Positions 39,637-55,500 of a stretch of DNA of 64,000 nucleotides are shown here, piece after piece; within the stretch, counting starts at the first letter, position 1; the number at the start of each line of letters is the position of its first letter. Made by a program: the position numbers and the translations under genes. The notes beneath the pieces are model-generated. The model was not told where the DNA came from. It worked only from the letters and a program-made list of their open reading frames with translations, and searched no databases. Source of the stretch: Eledone cirrhosa (taxonomy: Eukaryota); NCBI GenBank assembly GCA_964016885.1, contig OZ024741.1:256432001-256496000 (forward strand), given 5' to 3'.

Positions 39637-41476
39637 GTTTCGCTTTACGAGTGTTTCGACTTACGAGTGTTTCGACATACGAGTGTTTCGGCTTACGAGT
39701 GTTTTGATTTACGAGTGTTTTGACTTACGGGTGCTTCGACTTACGCGTGTTTCGACTTACGAGTGTTTCGACTTACGAGTGTTTCGACTTACGAGTGTTT
39801 CGGCTTACGAGTGTTTTGACTTACGAATGTTTTGACTTACGATTGTTTCGGCTTACGAGTGTTTCGACTTACGAGTGTTCTGACTACGAGTGTTCTGACT
39901 TACGGGTGGTCTGACTTACGAGTGTTCCGACTTACGAGTGTTTCGGCTTATGAGTGTTTCGACTTACGAGTGCTTCGACTTACGAGTGTTTCGGCTTAAA
40001 GGTGTTTCGACTTACGAATGTTTTTGCTTACGAGTGTTTCGGCTTACGAGTGTTTCGGCTTATGAGTGTTTCGACTTACGAGTGTTTTGACTTACGGGAG
40101 TTTTGACATACGAGTGTTTCGATACGATTGTTCTGACTTACGAGTGTTTCCGCTTACGAGTGTTTCGGCTTACGAGTGTTTCGACTTACTAATGTTTTTA
40201 CTTACGAGTGTTTCGGTGTACGAGTGTTTCGACTTAAGGATGTTTCGACTTACGAGTGTTTCGACTTACGAGTGTTTCGACTTACGAGTGTTTCGAGTTA
40301 CGAGTGTTTTGGCTTACGAATGTTTTGACTTACGGGTGTTTCGACTTACGAGTGTTTCGGCTTATGAGTGTTTCGACTTACGGGCGTTTCGACTTACGGG
40401 TGTTTCGACTTACGAGTGTTTTGGCTTACGAATGTTTTGACTTACGGGTGTTTCGACTTACGAGTGTTTCGACTTATGAGTGTTTCGACTTACGAGTGTT
40501 TCGGCTTATGAGTGTTTCGACTTACGAGTGCTTCGGCTTACGAGTGTTTCGACTTACGAGTATTTCGGCTTACGAGTGTTTCGACGTACGAATGTTTTGG
40601 CTTACGAGTGTTTCGGCTTATGAGTGTTTCGGCTTACGAGTGTTTCGACTTACGAGTGTTTCGGCTAACGAGTGTTTCAGTGTTTCGGCTTACGTGTGTT
40701 TCGACTTACGAGTGTTTCGACTTACGACTGTTTCGACTTACGAGTGTTTCGGCTTACGAGTGTTTCGGCTTACGAGTGTTTTGACTTACGATTGTTTGGC
40801 TTACGAGTGTTCTGACTTACGGGTGTTCTGACTTACGAGTGTTCCGACTTACGAGTGTTTCGGCTTATGAGGGTTTCGACTTACGAGTGCTTCGGCTTAC
40901 GAGTGTTTCGACTTACGAGTGTTTCGGCTTGCGAGTGTTTCGACTTACGAGTGTTTCGACTTACGAGTGTTTTGACTTACGAGTGTTTTGACGTACGGGT
41001 GTTTCGACTTACGGGTCTTTCGACTTAAGAGTGTTTCGACTTACGAGCGCTTCGACTTACGAGTGTTTCGACTTACGAGTGTTTCGGCGTATGAGTGTTT
41101 TGACTTACGAGTGTTTCGACTTACGAGTGTTTCGACTTACGAGTGTTTCGAATTACGAGTGTTTCGACTTACGAGTGTTTTGACTTACGAGTGTTTTGAC
41201 TTACGGTGTTTCTGCTTACGAGTGTTTCGACTTACGAGTGTTATGACTTACGGGTGTTTTGACATACGAGTGTTTCGACTTACGAGTGTTTTGACTTACG
41301 GGTGTTTTGACATACGAGTGTTTCGATACGAGTGTTCTGACTTACGAGTGTTCTGACTTACGAGTGTTCTGACTTACGAGTGTTCTGACTTACGAGTGTT
41401 CTGACTTACGAGTGTTCCGACTTTACGAGTGTTTCGGCTCACGAGTGTTTCGGCTTACGAGTGTTTCGACTTACGA

Positions 41477-41545
41477 AAATAACATATAGACGCGGTTTCA
41501 AATCTCTCTGCTTTTCAAATTCATTACATTAATCTTTATTTATAC
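41477..41545. repeat. 69-bp AT-rich insert, copy 14
   Basis: AACATATAG variant plus CTCTATG>CTCTCTG. Confidence 0.97.
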
Positions 41546-43580
41546 GTTTCGCTTTACGAGTGTTTCGACTTACGAGTGTTTCGACATACGAGTGTTTCGG
41601 CTTACGAGTGTTTTGATTTACGAGTGTTTTGACTTACGGGTGCTTCGACTTACGCGTGTTTCGACTTACGAGTGTTTCGACTTACGAGTGTTTCGACTTA
41701 CGAGTGTTTCGGCTTACGAGTGTTTTGACTTACGAATGTTTTGACTTACGATTGTTTCGGCTTACGAGTGTTTCGACTTACGAGTGTTCTGACTACGAGT
41801 GTTCTGACTTACGGGTGTTCTGACTTACGAGTGTTCCGACTTACGAGTGTTTCGACTTACGAGTGTTTCGGCTTACGGGTGTTTCGACTTACGAATGTTT
41901 TTGATTACGAGTGTTTCGGCTTACGAGTGTTTCGGCTTTTGAGTGTTTCGACTTACGAGTGTTTTGACTTACGGGTGTTTTGACATACGAGTGTTTCGAT
42001 ACGATTGTTCTGACTTACGAGTGTTTCCGCTTACGAGTGTTTCGGCTTACGAGTGTTTCGACTTACTAATGTTTTTACTTACGAGTGTTTCGGTGTACGA
42101 GTGTTTCGACTTAAGGATGTTTCAACTTACGAGTGTTTCGACTTACGAGTGTTTCGACTTACGAGTGTTTCGACTTACGAGTGTTTTGGCTTACGAATGT
42201 TTTGACTTACGGGTGTTTCGACTTACGAGTGTTTCGGCTTATGAGTGTTTCGACTTACGGGCGTTTCGACTTACGGGTGTTTCGATTTAAGAGTGTTTTG
42301 GCTTACGAATGTTTTGACTTACGGGTGTTTCGACTTACGAGTGTTTCGACTTATGAGTGTTTCGACTTACGAGTGTTTCGGCTTATGAGTGTTTCGACTT
42401 ACGAGTGCTTCGGCTTACGAGTGTTTCGACTTACGAGTATTTCGGCTTACGAGTGTTTCGACGTACGAATGTTTTGGCTTACGAGTGTTTCGGCTTATGA
42501 GTGTTTCGGCTTACGAGTGTTTCGACTTACGAGTGTTTCGGCTTACGAGTGTTTCAGTGTTTCGGCTTACGTGTGTTTCGACTTACGAGTGTTTCGACTT
42601 ACGACTGTTTCGGCTTACGAGTGTTTCGGCTTACGAGTGTTTCGGCTTACGAGTGTTCTGACTTACGGGTATTCTGACTTACGAGTGTTCCGACTTACGA
42701 GTGTTTCGGCTTATGAGGGTTTCGACTTACGAGTGCTTCGGCTTACGAGTGTTTCGACTTACGAGTGTTTCGACTTACGAGTGTTTCGACTTAAGAGTGT
42801 TTCGACTTACGAGCGCTTCGACTTACGAGTGTTTCGACTTACGAGTGTTTCGGCGTATGAGTGTTTTGACTTACGAGTGTTTCGACTTACGAGTGTTTCG
42901 ACTTACGAGTGTTTCGAATTACGAGTGTTTCGACTTACGAGTGTTTTGACTTACGAGTGTTTTGACTTACGGTGTTTCTGCTTACGAGTGTTTCGACTTA
43001 CGAGTGTTATGACTTACGGGTGTTTTGACATACGAGTGTTTCGACTTACGAGTGTTTTGACTTACGGGTGTTTTGACATACAAGTGTTTCGATACGAGTG
43101 TTCTGACTTACGAGTGTTCTGACTTACGAGTGTTCTGACTTACGAGTGTTTCGACATACGAGTGTTTTGACTTACGGGTTTTTCGACTTACGAGTGTTTT
43201 GACTTACGGGTGTTTCGGCTTACGAGTGTTTCGACTTACGAGTCTTTCGGCTTACGAGTGTTTCGACTTACTAATGTTATTACTTACGAGTGTTTCGGCG
43301 TACGAGTGTTTCGACTTCCGAGTGTTTCGACTTACGGGTGTTTTGACTTACGGGTGTTTCGGCTTACGAGTGTTTTGACTTACGAGTGTTTTGACTTAAG
43401 GGTGTTTCGACTTACGAGTATTTTTGGCTTACGAGTGTTTCGACTTACGAGTGTTTTGACTTACGAGTGTTCTGATTTACGGATGTTTCGACATACGAGT
43501 GTTTCGACTTACGAGTGTTTCGACTTATGAGTGTTTCGACTTACGAGTATTTCGACTTACGAGTGTTTCGGCTTATGATT

Positions 43581-46500
43581 GTTTCGACTTACGAGTGTTT
43601 TGACTTACGGTGTTTCAGCTTACGAGTGTTTCGACTTACGAGTGTTTTGACTTACGGGTGTTTTGACATACGAGTGTTTCGATACGAGTGTTCTGACTTA
43701 CGAGTGTTCTGACTTACGAGTGTTCCGACTTACGAGTGTTCCGACTTACGAGTGTTTCGGCTTACGAGTGTTTCCGGCTTACGAGTGTTTCGACTTACGA
43801 GTGTTTTGACTTTCGGTGTTTCGGCTTACGAGTGATTCGACTTACGAGTGTTTTGACTTACGGGTGTTTTGACTTACGGGTGTTGTGAATTACGAGTGTT
43901 CCGATTTACGAGTGTTTTGACTTACGGTGTTTCGGCTTACGAGTGATTCGACTTACGAATGTTTTGACTTACGGGTGTTTCGGCTTGCGAGTGTTTCGAC
44001 TTACGAGTGTTTCGGCTTATGAGTGTTTCGACTTACTAATGTTTTTACTTACGAGTGTTCTGACTTACGACTGTTCCGACTTACGAGTGTTCCGACTTAC
44101 GAGTGTTTCGGCTTACGAGTGTTTCCGGCTTACGAGTGTTTCGACTTACGAGTGTTTCGACTTACGAGTGTTTTGACTTACGGTGTTTCGACTTACGAGT
44201 GATTCGACTTACGAGTGTTTTGACTTACGGGTGTTTTGACTTACGGTTGTTGTGAATTACGAGTGTTCCGATTTACGAGTGTTTTGACTTACGGTGTTTC
44301 GGCTTACGAGTGATTCGACTTACGAATGTTTTGACTTACGGGTGTTTCGGCTTGCTAGTGTTTCGACTTACGAGTGTTTCGGCTTATGAGTGTTTCGACT
44401 TACTACTGTTTTTACTTACGAGTGTTTCGCGTACGAGTGTTTTGACTTACGAGTGTTTCGAATTACGAGTGTTTTGACTTACGAATGTTTTGACATACGG
44501 GTGTTTCGGCTTACGAGTGTTTCGACTTACGAGTGTTTCGGCTTGCGAGTGTTTCGACTTACTAATGTTTTTACTTACGAGTTTTTCGGCGTACGAGTGT
44601 TTCGACTTACGAGTGTTTCGACTTACGAGTGTTCTGACTTACGAGTGTTCTGATTTACGGATGTTTCGACATACGAGTGTTTCGACTTACGAATGTTTCG
44701 ACTTACGAGTGTTTTGACTTACGGGTGTTTTGACATACGAGTATTTCGATACGAGTGTTTCGACTTACGAGTGTTCTGACTTACGAGTGTTCTGACTTAC
44801 GAGTGTTCTGACTTACGAGTGTTCTGATTTACGAGTGTTCCGACTTACGAGTGTTTCGGCTTACGAGTGTTCCGACTTAGGAATGTTTCGGCTTAGGGGT
44901 GTTTCCGGCTTACGAGTGTTTCGACTTACGAGTGTTTCGACTTTCGAGTGTTTTGACTTACGGTGTTTCGGCTTACGAGTGATTCGACTTACGTGTGTTT
45001 TGACTTACGGGTGTTTTGACTTACGGGTGTTGTGAATTACCAGTGTTCCGATTTACGTGTGTTTTGACTTACGGTGTTTCGGCTTGCGAGTGTTTCGACT
45101 TACGAGTGTTTCGGCTTATGAGTGTTTCGACTTACTAATGTTTTTACTTACGAGTGTTTCGGCGTTCGAGTGTTTTGACTTACGAGTGTTTCGACTTACG
45201 AGTGTTTTGACTTACGAATGTTTTGACTTACGGGTGTTTCGGCTTACGGGTGTTTCGACTTACGAGTGTTTCGACTTATGAGTGTTTCGACTTACGAGTG
45301 TTCTGACTTACGAGTGTTCTGACTTACGAGTGTTCCGACTTACGAGTGTTTCGGTTTACGAGTGTTTCGACATACGAGTGTTTTGACTTACGGGTGTTTC
45401 GACTTACGGGTGTTTCGACTTACGAGTGTTTTGGCTTACGAGTGTTTCGACTTACTAATGTTTTTACTTACGAGTGTTTCGGTGTACGAATGTTTTGACT
45501 TAAGGATGTTTCGACTTACGAGTGTTTCGACTTACGAGTGTTTCGGCTCACGTGAGTTTCGACTTCAGAGTGTTCTGATTTACGAGTGTTCTGACTTGCG
45601 GGTGTTTCGGCTTATGAGTGTTTCGACTTACGAGTGTTTCGGCTTACGAGTGTTTCGATTTATGGGTGTTTCGACTTACGAGTGTTTTTACTTACGGTGT
45701 TTCGGCTTACGAGTGTTTCGACATACGAGTGTTTTGACTTACGGGTGTTTCGGCTTACGTTTCGACTGACGAGTGTTTCGGCTTACGAGTGTTTCGACTT
45801 ACTAATGTTTTTACTTACGAGTGTTTCGGCGTACGAGAGTTTTGACTTACGAGTGTTTCGACTTACGAGTGATTTGACTTACGAATGTTTTGACTTACGG
45901 GTGTTTCGGCTTATGAGTGTTTCGACTTACGAGTCTTTTGGCTTACGAGTGTTTCGACTTACTAATGTTTTTACTTACGAGTGTTTCGGCGTACGAGTGT
46001 TTCGACTTACGAGTGTTTCGACTTACGGGTGTTTTGACTTATGGGTGTTTCGGCTTACGAGTGTTTCGACTTACGAGTGTTTTGACTTACGGGTGTTTCG
46101 ACTTACGAGTATTTTTGGCTTACGAGTGTTTCGACTTACGAGTGTTTTGACTTACGAGTGTTCTGATTTACGGATGTTTCGACATACGAATGTTTCGACT
46201 TACGAGTGTTTCGACTTATGAGTGTTTCGACTTACGAGTGTTTCGGATTACGAGTGTTTCGACTTACGAGTGTTTTGACTTACGGTGTTTCGGCTTACGA
46301 GTGTTTCGACTTACGAGTGTTTTGACTTACGGGTGTTTTGACATACGAGTGTTTCGATACGAGTGTTCTGACTTACGAGTGTTCTGACTTACGAGTGTTC
46401 CGACTTACGAGTGTTCCGACTTACGAGTGTTTCGGCTTACGAGTGTTTCCGGCTTACGAGTGTTTCGACTTACGAGTGTTTTGACTTTCGGTGTTTCGGC

Positions 46501-49500
46501 TTACGAGTGATTCGACTTACGAGTGTTTTGACTTACGGGTGTTTTGACTTACGGGTGTTGTGAATTACGAGTGTTCCGATTTACGAGTGTTTTGACTTAC
46601 GGTGTTTCGGCTTACGAGTGATTCGACTTACGAATGTTTTGACTTACGGGTGTTTCGGCTTGCGAGTGTTTCGACTTACGAGTGTTTCGGCTTATGAGTG
46701 TTTCGACTTACTAATGTTTTTACTTACGAGTGTTCTGACTTACGACTGTTCCGACTTACGAGTGTTCCGACTTACGAGTGTTTCGGCTTACGAGTGTTTC
46801 CGGCTTACGAGTGTTTCGACTTACGAGTGTTTCGACTTACGAGTGTTTTGACTTACGGTGTTTCGACTTACGAGTGATTCGACTTACGAGTGTTTTGACT
46901 TACGGGTGTTTTGACTTACGGGTGTTGTGAATTACGAGTGTTCCGATTTACGAGTGTTTTGACTTACGGGTGTTTCGGCTTGCTAGTGTTTCGACTTACG
47001 AGTGTTTCGGCTTATGAGTGTTTCGACTTACTACTGTTTTTACTTACGAGTGTTTCGGCGTACGAGTGTTTTGACTTACGAGTGTTTCGAATTACGAGTG
47101 TTTTGACTTACGAATGTTTTGACATACGGGTGTTTCGGCTTACGAGTGTTTCGACTTACGAGTGTTTCGGCTTGCGAGTGTTTCGACTTACTAATGTTTT
47201 TACTTACGAGTTTTTCGGCGTACGAGTGTTTCGACTTACGAGTGTTTCGACTTACGAGTGTTCTGACTTACGAGTGTTCTGATTTACGGATGTTTCGACA
47301 TACGAGTGTTTCGACTTACGAATGTTTCGACTTACGAGTGTTTTGACTTACGGGTGTTTTGACATACGAGTATTTCGATACGAGTGTTTCGACTTACGAG
47401 TGTTCTGACTTACGAGTGTTCTGACTTACGAGTGTTCTGACTTACGAGTGTTCTGATTTACGAGTGTTCCGACTTACGAGTGTTTCGGCTTACGAGTGTT
47501 CCGACTTAGGAATGTTTCGGCTTAGGGGTGTTTCCGGCTTACGAGTGTTTCGACTTACGAGTGTTTCGACTTTCGAGTGTTTTGACTTACGGTGTTTCGG
47601 CTTACGAGTGATTCGACTTACGTGTGTTTTGACTTACGGGTGTTTTGACTTACGGGTGTTGTGAATTACCAGTGTTCCGATTTACGTGTGTTTTGACTTA
47701 CGGTGTTTCGGCTTGCGAGTGTTTCGACTTACGAGTGTTTCGGCTTATGAGTGTTTCGACTTACTAATGTTTTTACTTACGAGTGTTTCGGCGTTCGAGT
47801 GTTTTGACTTACGAGTGTTTCGACTTACGAGTGTTTTGACTTACGAATGTTTTGACTTACGGGTGTTTCGGCTTACGGGTGTTTCGACTTACGAGTGTTT
47901 CGACTTATGAGTGTTTCGACTTACGAGTGTTCTGACTTACGAGTGTTCTGACTTACGAGTGTTCCGACTTACGAGTGTTTCGGTTTACGAGTGTTTCGAC
48001 ATACGAGTGTTTTGACTTACGGGTGTTTCGACTTACGGGTGTTTCGACTTATGAGTGTTTTGGCTTACGAGTGTTTCGACTTACTAATGTTTTTACTTAC
48101 GAGTGTTTCGGTGTACGAATGTTTTGACTTAAGGATGTTTCGACTTACGAGTGTTTCGACTTACGAGTGTTTCGGCTTACGTGAGTTTCGACTTCAGAGT
48201 GTTCTGATTTACGAGTGTTCTGACTTGCGGTTGTTTCGGCTTATGAGTGTTTCGACTTACGAGTGTTTCGGCTTACGAGTGTTTCGATTTATGGGTGTTT
48301 CGACTTACGAGTGTTTTTACTTACGGTGTTTCGGCTTACGAGTGTTTCGACATACGAGTGTTTTGACTTACGGGTGTTTCGGCTTACGAGTGTTTCGACT
48401 GACGAGTGTTTCGGCTTACGAGTGTTTCGACTTACTAATGTTTTTAATTACGAGTGTTTCGGCGTACGAGAGTTTTGACTTACGAGTGTTTCGACTTACG
48501 AGTGATTTGACTTACGAATGTTTTGACTTACGGGTGTTTCGGCTTATGAGTGTTTCGACTTACGAGTCTTTCAGCTTACGAGTGTTTCGACTTACTAATG
48601 TTTTTACTTACGAGTGTTTCGGCGTACGAGTGTTTCGACTTACGAGTGTTTCGACTTACGGGTGTTTTGACTTATGGGTGTTTCGGCTTACGAGTGTTTC
48701 GACTTACGAGTGTTTTGACTTACGGGTGTTTCGACTTACGAGTATTTTTGGCTTACGAGTGTTTCGACTTACGAGTGTTTTGACTTACGAGTGTTCTGAT
48801 TTACGGATGTTTCGACATACGAATGTTTCGACTTACGAGTGTTTCGACTTATGAGTGTTTCGACTTACGAGTGTTTCGGCTTACGAGTGTTTCGACTTAC
48901 GAGTGTTTTGACTTACGGTGTTTCGGCTTACGAGTGTTTCGACTTACGATTGTTTTGACTTACGGGTGTTTTGACATACGAGTGTTTCGATACGAGTGTT
49001 CTGACTTACGAGTGTTCTGACTTACGAGTGTTTTGACTTACGAGTGTTCTGACTTACGAGTGTTCCGACTTACGAGTGTTCCGACTTACGAGTGTTTCGG
49101 CTTACGAGTGTTTCCGGCTTACGAGTGTTTCGACTTCCGAGTGTTTTGACTTACGGTGTTTCGGCTTACGAGTGATTCGACTTACGAGTGTTTTGACTTA
49201 CGGGTGATTTGACTTACGGGTGTTGTGAATTACGAGTGTTCCGATTTACGAGTGTTTTGACTTACGGTGTTTCGGCTTACAAGTGATTCGACTTACGAAT
49301 GTTTTGACTTACGGGTGTTTCGGCTTGCGAGTGTTTCGACTTACGAGTGTTTCGGCTTATGGGTGTTTCGACTTACTAATGTTTTTACTTACGAGTGTTT
49401 CGGCGTACGAGTGTTTTGACTTACGAGTGTTTCGACTTACGAGTGTTTCGACTTACGAGTGTTTCGGCTTACGTGAGTTTCGACTTAAGAGTGTTCTGAT

Positions 49501-52500
49501 TTACGAGTGTTCTGACTTGCGGGTGTTCTGATTTACGAGTGTTCCGATGTACGAGTGTTTCGGCTTATTAGTGTTTCGACTTACGAGTGTTTCGGCTTAC
49601 GAGTGTTTCGACTTATGGGTGTTTCGACTTACGAGTGTTTTGACTTACGGTGTTTCAGCTTACGAGTGTTTCGACTTACGAGTGTTTTGACTTACGGGTG
49701 TTTTGACATACGAGTGTTTCGATACGAGTGTTCTGACTTACGAGTGTTCTGACTTACGAGTGTTCCGACTTACGAGTGTTCCGACTTACGAGTGTTTCGG
49801 CTTACGAGTGTTTCCGGCTTACGAGTGTTTCGACTTACGAGTGTTTTGACTTTCGGTGTTTCGGCTTACGAGTGATTCGACTTACGAGTGTTTTGACTTA
49901 CGGGTGTTTTGACTTACGGGTGTTGTGAATTACGAGTGTTCCGATTTACGAGTGTTTTGACTTACGGTGTTTCGGCTTACGAGTGATTCGACTTACGAAT
50001 GTTTTGACTTACGGGTGTTTCGGCTTGCGAGTGTTTCGACTTACGAGTGTTTCGGCTTATGAGTGTTTCGACTTACTAATGTTTTTACTTACGAGTGTTC
50101 TGACTTACGACTGTTCCGACTTACGAGTGTTCCGACTTACGAGTGTTTCGGCTTACGAGTGTTTCCGGCTTACGAGTGTTTCGACTTACGAGTGTTTCGA
50201 CTTACGAGTGTTTTGACTTACGGTGTTTCGACTTACGAGTGATTCGACTTACGAGTGTTTTGACTTACGGGTGTTTTGACTTACGGTTGTTGTGAATTAC
50301 GAGTGTTCCGATTTACGAGTGTTTTGACTTACGGTGTTTCGGCTTACGAGTGATTCGACTTACGAATGTTTTGACTTACGGGTGTTTCGGCTTGCTAGTG
50401 TTTCGACTTACGAGTGTTTCGGCTTATGAGTGTTTCGACTTACTACTGTTTTTACTTACGAGTGTTTCGCGTACGAGTGTTTTGACTTACGAGTGTTTCG
50501 AATTACGAGTGTTTTGACTTACGAATGTTTTGACATACGGGTGTTTCGGCTTACGAGTGTTTCGACTTACGAGTGTTTCGGCTTGCGAGTGTTTCGACTT
50601 ACTAATGTTTTTACTTACGAGTTTTTCGGCGTACGAGTGTTTCGACTTACGAGTGTTTCGACTTACGAGTGTTCTGACTTACGAGTGTTCTGATTTACGG
50701 ATGTTTCGACATACGAGTGTTTCGACTTACGAATGTTTCGACTTACGAGTGTTTTGACTTACGGGTGTTTTGACATACGAGTATTTCGATACGAGTGTTT
50801 CGACTTACGAGTGTTCTGACTTACGAGTGTTCTGACTTACGAGTGTTCTGACTTACGAGTGTTCTGATTTACGAGTGTTCCGACTTACGAGTGTTTCGGC
50901 TTACGAGTGTTCCGACTTAGGAATGTTTCGGCTTAGGGGTGTTTCCGGCTTACGAGTGTTTCGACTTACGAGTGTTTCGACTTTCGAGTGTTTTGACTTA
51001 CGGTGTTTCGGCTTACGAGTGATTCGACTTACGTGTGTTTTGACTTACGGGTGTTTTGACTTACGGGTGTTGTGAATTACCAGTGTTCCGATTTACGTGT
51101 GTTTTGACTTACGGTGTTTCGGCTTGCGAGTGTTTCGACTTACGAGTGTTTCGGCTTATGAGTGTTTCGACTTACTAATGTTTTTACTTACGAGTGTTTC
51201 GGCGTTCGAGTGTTTTGACTTACGAGTGTTTCGACTTACGAGTGTTTTGACTTACGAATGTTTTGACTTACGGGTGTTTCGGCTTACGGGTGTTTCGACT
51301 TACGAGTGTTTCGACTTATGAGTGTTTCGACTTACGAGTGTTCTGACTTACGAGTGTTCTGACTTACGAGTGTTCCGACTTACGAGTGTTTCGGTTTACG
51401 AGTGTTTCGACATACGAGTGTTTTGACTTACGGGTGTTTCGACTTACGGGTGTTTCGACTTACGAGTGTTTTGGCTTACGAGTGTTTCGACTTACTAATG
51501 TTTTTACTTACGAGTGTTTCGGTGTACGAATGTTTTGACTTAAGGATGTTTCGACTTACGAGTGTTTCGACTTACGAGTGTTTCGGCTCACGTGAGTTTC
51601 GACTTCAGAGTGTTCTGATTTACGAGTGTTCTGACTTGCGGGTGTTTCGGCTTATGAGTGTTTCGACTTACGAGTGTTTCGGCTTACGAGTGTTTCGATT
51701 TATGGGTGTTTCGACTTACGAGTGTTTTTACTTACGGTGTTTCGGCTTACGAGTGTTTCGACATACGAGTGTTTTGACTTACGGGTGTTTCGGCTTACGT
51801 TTCGACTGACGAGTGTTTCGGCTTACGAGTGTTTCGACTTACTAATGTTTTTACTTACGAGTGTTTCGGCGTACGAGAGTTTTGACTTACGAGTGTTTCG
51901 ACTTACGAGTGATTTGACTTACGAATGTTTTGACTTACGGGTGTTTCGGCTTATGAGTGTTTCGACTTACGAGTCTTTTGGCTTACGAGTGTTTCGACTT
52001 ACTAATGTTTTTACTTACGAGTGTTTCGGCGTACGAGTGTTTCGACTTACGAGTGTTTCGACTTACGGGTGTTTTGACTTATGGGTGTTTCGGCTTACGA
52101 GTGTTTCGACTTACGAGTGTTTTGACTTACGGGTGTTTCGACTTACGAGTATTTTTGGCTTACGAGTGTTTCGACTTACGAGTGTTTTGACTTACGAGTG
52201 TTCTGATTTACGGATGTTTCGACATACGAATGTTTCGACTTACGAGTGTTTCGACTTATGAGTGTTTCGACTTACGAGTGTTTCGGATTACGAGTGTTTC
52301 GACTTACGAGTGTTTTGACTTACGGTGTTTCGGCTTACGAGTGTTTCGACTTACGAGTGTTTTGACTTACGGGTGTTTTGACATACGAGTGTTTCGATAC
52401 GAGTGTTCTGACTTACGAGTGTTCTGACTTACGAGTGTTCCGACTTACGAGTGTTCCGACTTACGAGTGTTTCGGCTTACGAGTGTTTCCGGCTTACGAG

Positions 52501-55500
52501 TGTTTCGACTTACGAGTGTTTTGACTTTCGGTGTTTCGGCTTACGAGTGATTCGACTTACGAGTGTTTTGACTTACGGGTGTTTTGACTTACGGGTGTTG
52601 TGAATTACGAGTGTTCCGATTTACGAGTGTTTTGACTTACGGTGTTTCGGCTTACGAGTGATTCGACTTACGAATGTTTTGACTTACGGGTGTTTCGGCT
52701 TGCGAGTGTTTCGACTTACGAGTGTTTCGGCTTATGAGTGTTTCGACTTACTAATGTTTTTACTTACGAGTGTTCTGACTTACGACTGTTCCGACTTACG
52801 AGTGTTCCGACTTACGAGTGTTTCGGCTTACGAGTGTTTCCGGCTTACGAGTGTTTCGACTTACGAGTGTTTCGACTTACGAGTGTTTTGACTTACGGTG
52901 TTTCGACTTACGAGTGATTCGACTTACGAGTGTTTTGACTTACGGGTGTTTTGACTTACGGGTGTTGTGAATTACGAGTGTTCCGATTTACGAGTGTTTT
53001 GACTTACGGTGTTTCGGCTTACGAGTGATTCGACTTACGAATGTTTTGACTTACGGGTGTTTCGGCTTGCTAGTGTTTCGACTTACGAGTGTTTCGGCTT
53101 ATGAGTGTTTCGACTTACTACTGTTTTTACTTACGAGTGTTTCGGCGTACGAGTGTTTTGACTTACGAGTGTTTCGAATTACGAGTGTTTTGACTTACGA
53201 ATGTTTTGACATACGGGTGTTTCGGCTTACGAGTGTTTCGACTTACGAGTGTTTCGGCTTGCGAGTGTTTCGACTTACTAATGTTTTTACTTACGAGTTT
53301 TTCGGCGTACGAGTGTTTCGACTTACGAGTGTTTCGACTTACGAGTGTTCTGACTTACGAGTGTTCTGATTTACGGATGTTTCGACATACGAGTGTTTCG
53401 ACTTACGAATGTTTCGACTTACGAGTGTTTTGACTTACGGGTGTTTTGACATACGAGTATTTCGATACGAGTGTTTCGACTTACGAGTGTTCTGACTTAC
53501 GAGTGTTCTGACTTACGAGTGTTCTGACTTACGAGTGTTCTGATTTACGAGTGTTCCGACTTACGAGTGTTTCGGCTTACGAGTGTTCCGACTTAGGAAT
53601 GTTTCGGCTTAGGGGTGTTTCCGGCTTACGAGTGTTTCGACTTACGAGTGTTTCGACTTTCGAGTGTTTTGACTTACGGTGTTTCGGCTTACGAGTGATT
53701 CGACTTACGTGTGTTTTGACTTACGGGTGTTTTGACTTACGGGTGTTGTGAATTACCAGTGTTCCGATTTACGTGTGTTTTGACTTACGGTGTTTCGGCT
53801 TGCGAGTGTTTCGACTTACGAGTGTTTCGGCTTATGAGTGTTTCGACTTACTAATGTTTTTACTTACGAGTGTTTCGGCGTTCGAGTGTTTTGACTTACG
53901 AGTGTTTCGACTTACGAGTGTTTTGACTTACGAATGTTTTGACTTACGGGTGTTTCGGCTTACGGGTGTTTCGACTTACGAGTGTTTCGACTTATGAGTG
54001 TTTCGACTTACGAGTGTTCTGACTTACGAGTGTTCTGACTTACGAGTGTTCCGACTTACGAGTGTTTCGGTTTACGAGTGTTTCGACATACGAGTGTTTT
54101 GACTTACGGGTGTTTCGACTTACGGGTGTTTCGACTTATGAGTGTTTTGGCTTACGAGTGTTTCGACTTACTAATGTTTTTACTTACGAGTGTTTCGGTG
54201 TACGAATGTTTTGACTTAAGGATGTTTCGACTTACGAGTGTTTCGACTTACGAGTGTTTCGGCTTACGTGAGTTTCGACTTCAGAGTGTTCTGATTTACG
54301 AGTGTTCTGACTTGCGGTTGTTTCGGCTTATGAGTGTTTCGACTTACGAGTGTTTCGGCTTACGAGTGTTTCGATTTATGGGTGTTTCGACTTACGAGTG
54401 TTTTTACTTACGGTGTTTCGGCTTACGAGTGTTTCGACATACGAGTGTTTTGACTTACGGGTGTTTCGGCTTACGAGTGTTTCGACTGACGAGTGTTTCG
54501 GCTTACGAGTGTTTCGACTTACTAATGTTTTTAATTACGAGTGTTTCGGCGTACGAGAGTTTTGACTTACGAGTGTTTCGACTTACGAGTGATTTGACTT
54601 ACGAATGTTTTGACTTACGGGTGTTTCGGCTTATGAGTGTTTCGACTTACGAGTCTTTCAGCTTACGAGTGTTTCGACTTACTAATGTTTTTACTTACGA
54701 GTGTTTCGGCGTACGAGTGTTTCGACTTACGAGTGTTTCGACTTACGGGTGTTTTGACTTATGGGTGTTTCGGCTTACGAGTGTTTCGACTTACGAGTGT
54801 TTTGACTTACGGGTGTTTCGACTTACGAGTATTTTTGGCTTACGAGTGTTTCGACTTACGAGTGTTTTGACTTACGAGTGTTCTGATTTACGGATGTTTC
54901 GACATACGAATGTTTCGACTTACGAGTGTTTCGACTTATGAGTGTTTCGACTTACGAGTGTTTCGGCTTACGAGTGTTTCGACTTACGAGTGTTTTGACT
55001 TACGGTGTTTCGGCTTACGAGTGTTTCGACTTACGATTGTTTTGACTTACGGGTGTTTTGACATACGAGTGTTTCGATACGAGTGTTCTGACTTACGAGT
55101 GTTCTGACTTACGAGTGTTTTGACTTACGAGTGTTCTGACTTACGAGTGTTCCGACTTACGAGTGTTCCGACTTACGAGTGTTTCGGCTTACGAGTGTTT
55201 CCGGCTTACGAGTGTTTCGACTTCCGAGTGTTTTGACTTACGGTGTTTCGGCTTACGAGTGATTCGACTTACGAGTGTTTTGACTTACGGGTGATTTGAC
55301 TTACGGGTGTTGTGAATTACGAGTGTTCCGATTTACGAGTGTTTTGACTTACGGTGTTTCGGCTTACAAGTGATTCGACTTACGAATGTTTTGACTTACG
55401 GGTGTTTCGGCTTGCGAGTGTTTCGACTTACGAGTGTTTCGGCTTATGGGTGTTTCGACTTACTAATGTTTTTACTTACGAGTGTTTCGGCGTACGAGTG

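Noticed and set aside
44876-44900. TTAGG/TTAGGG words (GACTTAGGAATG..GGCTTAGGGG) resembling telomere seeds
   Set aside because: They are point variants of TTACG(A) inside ordinary monomers, present four times only because of block duplication, and are not tandem.
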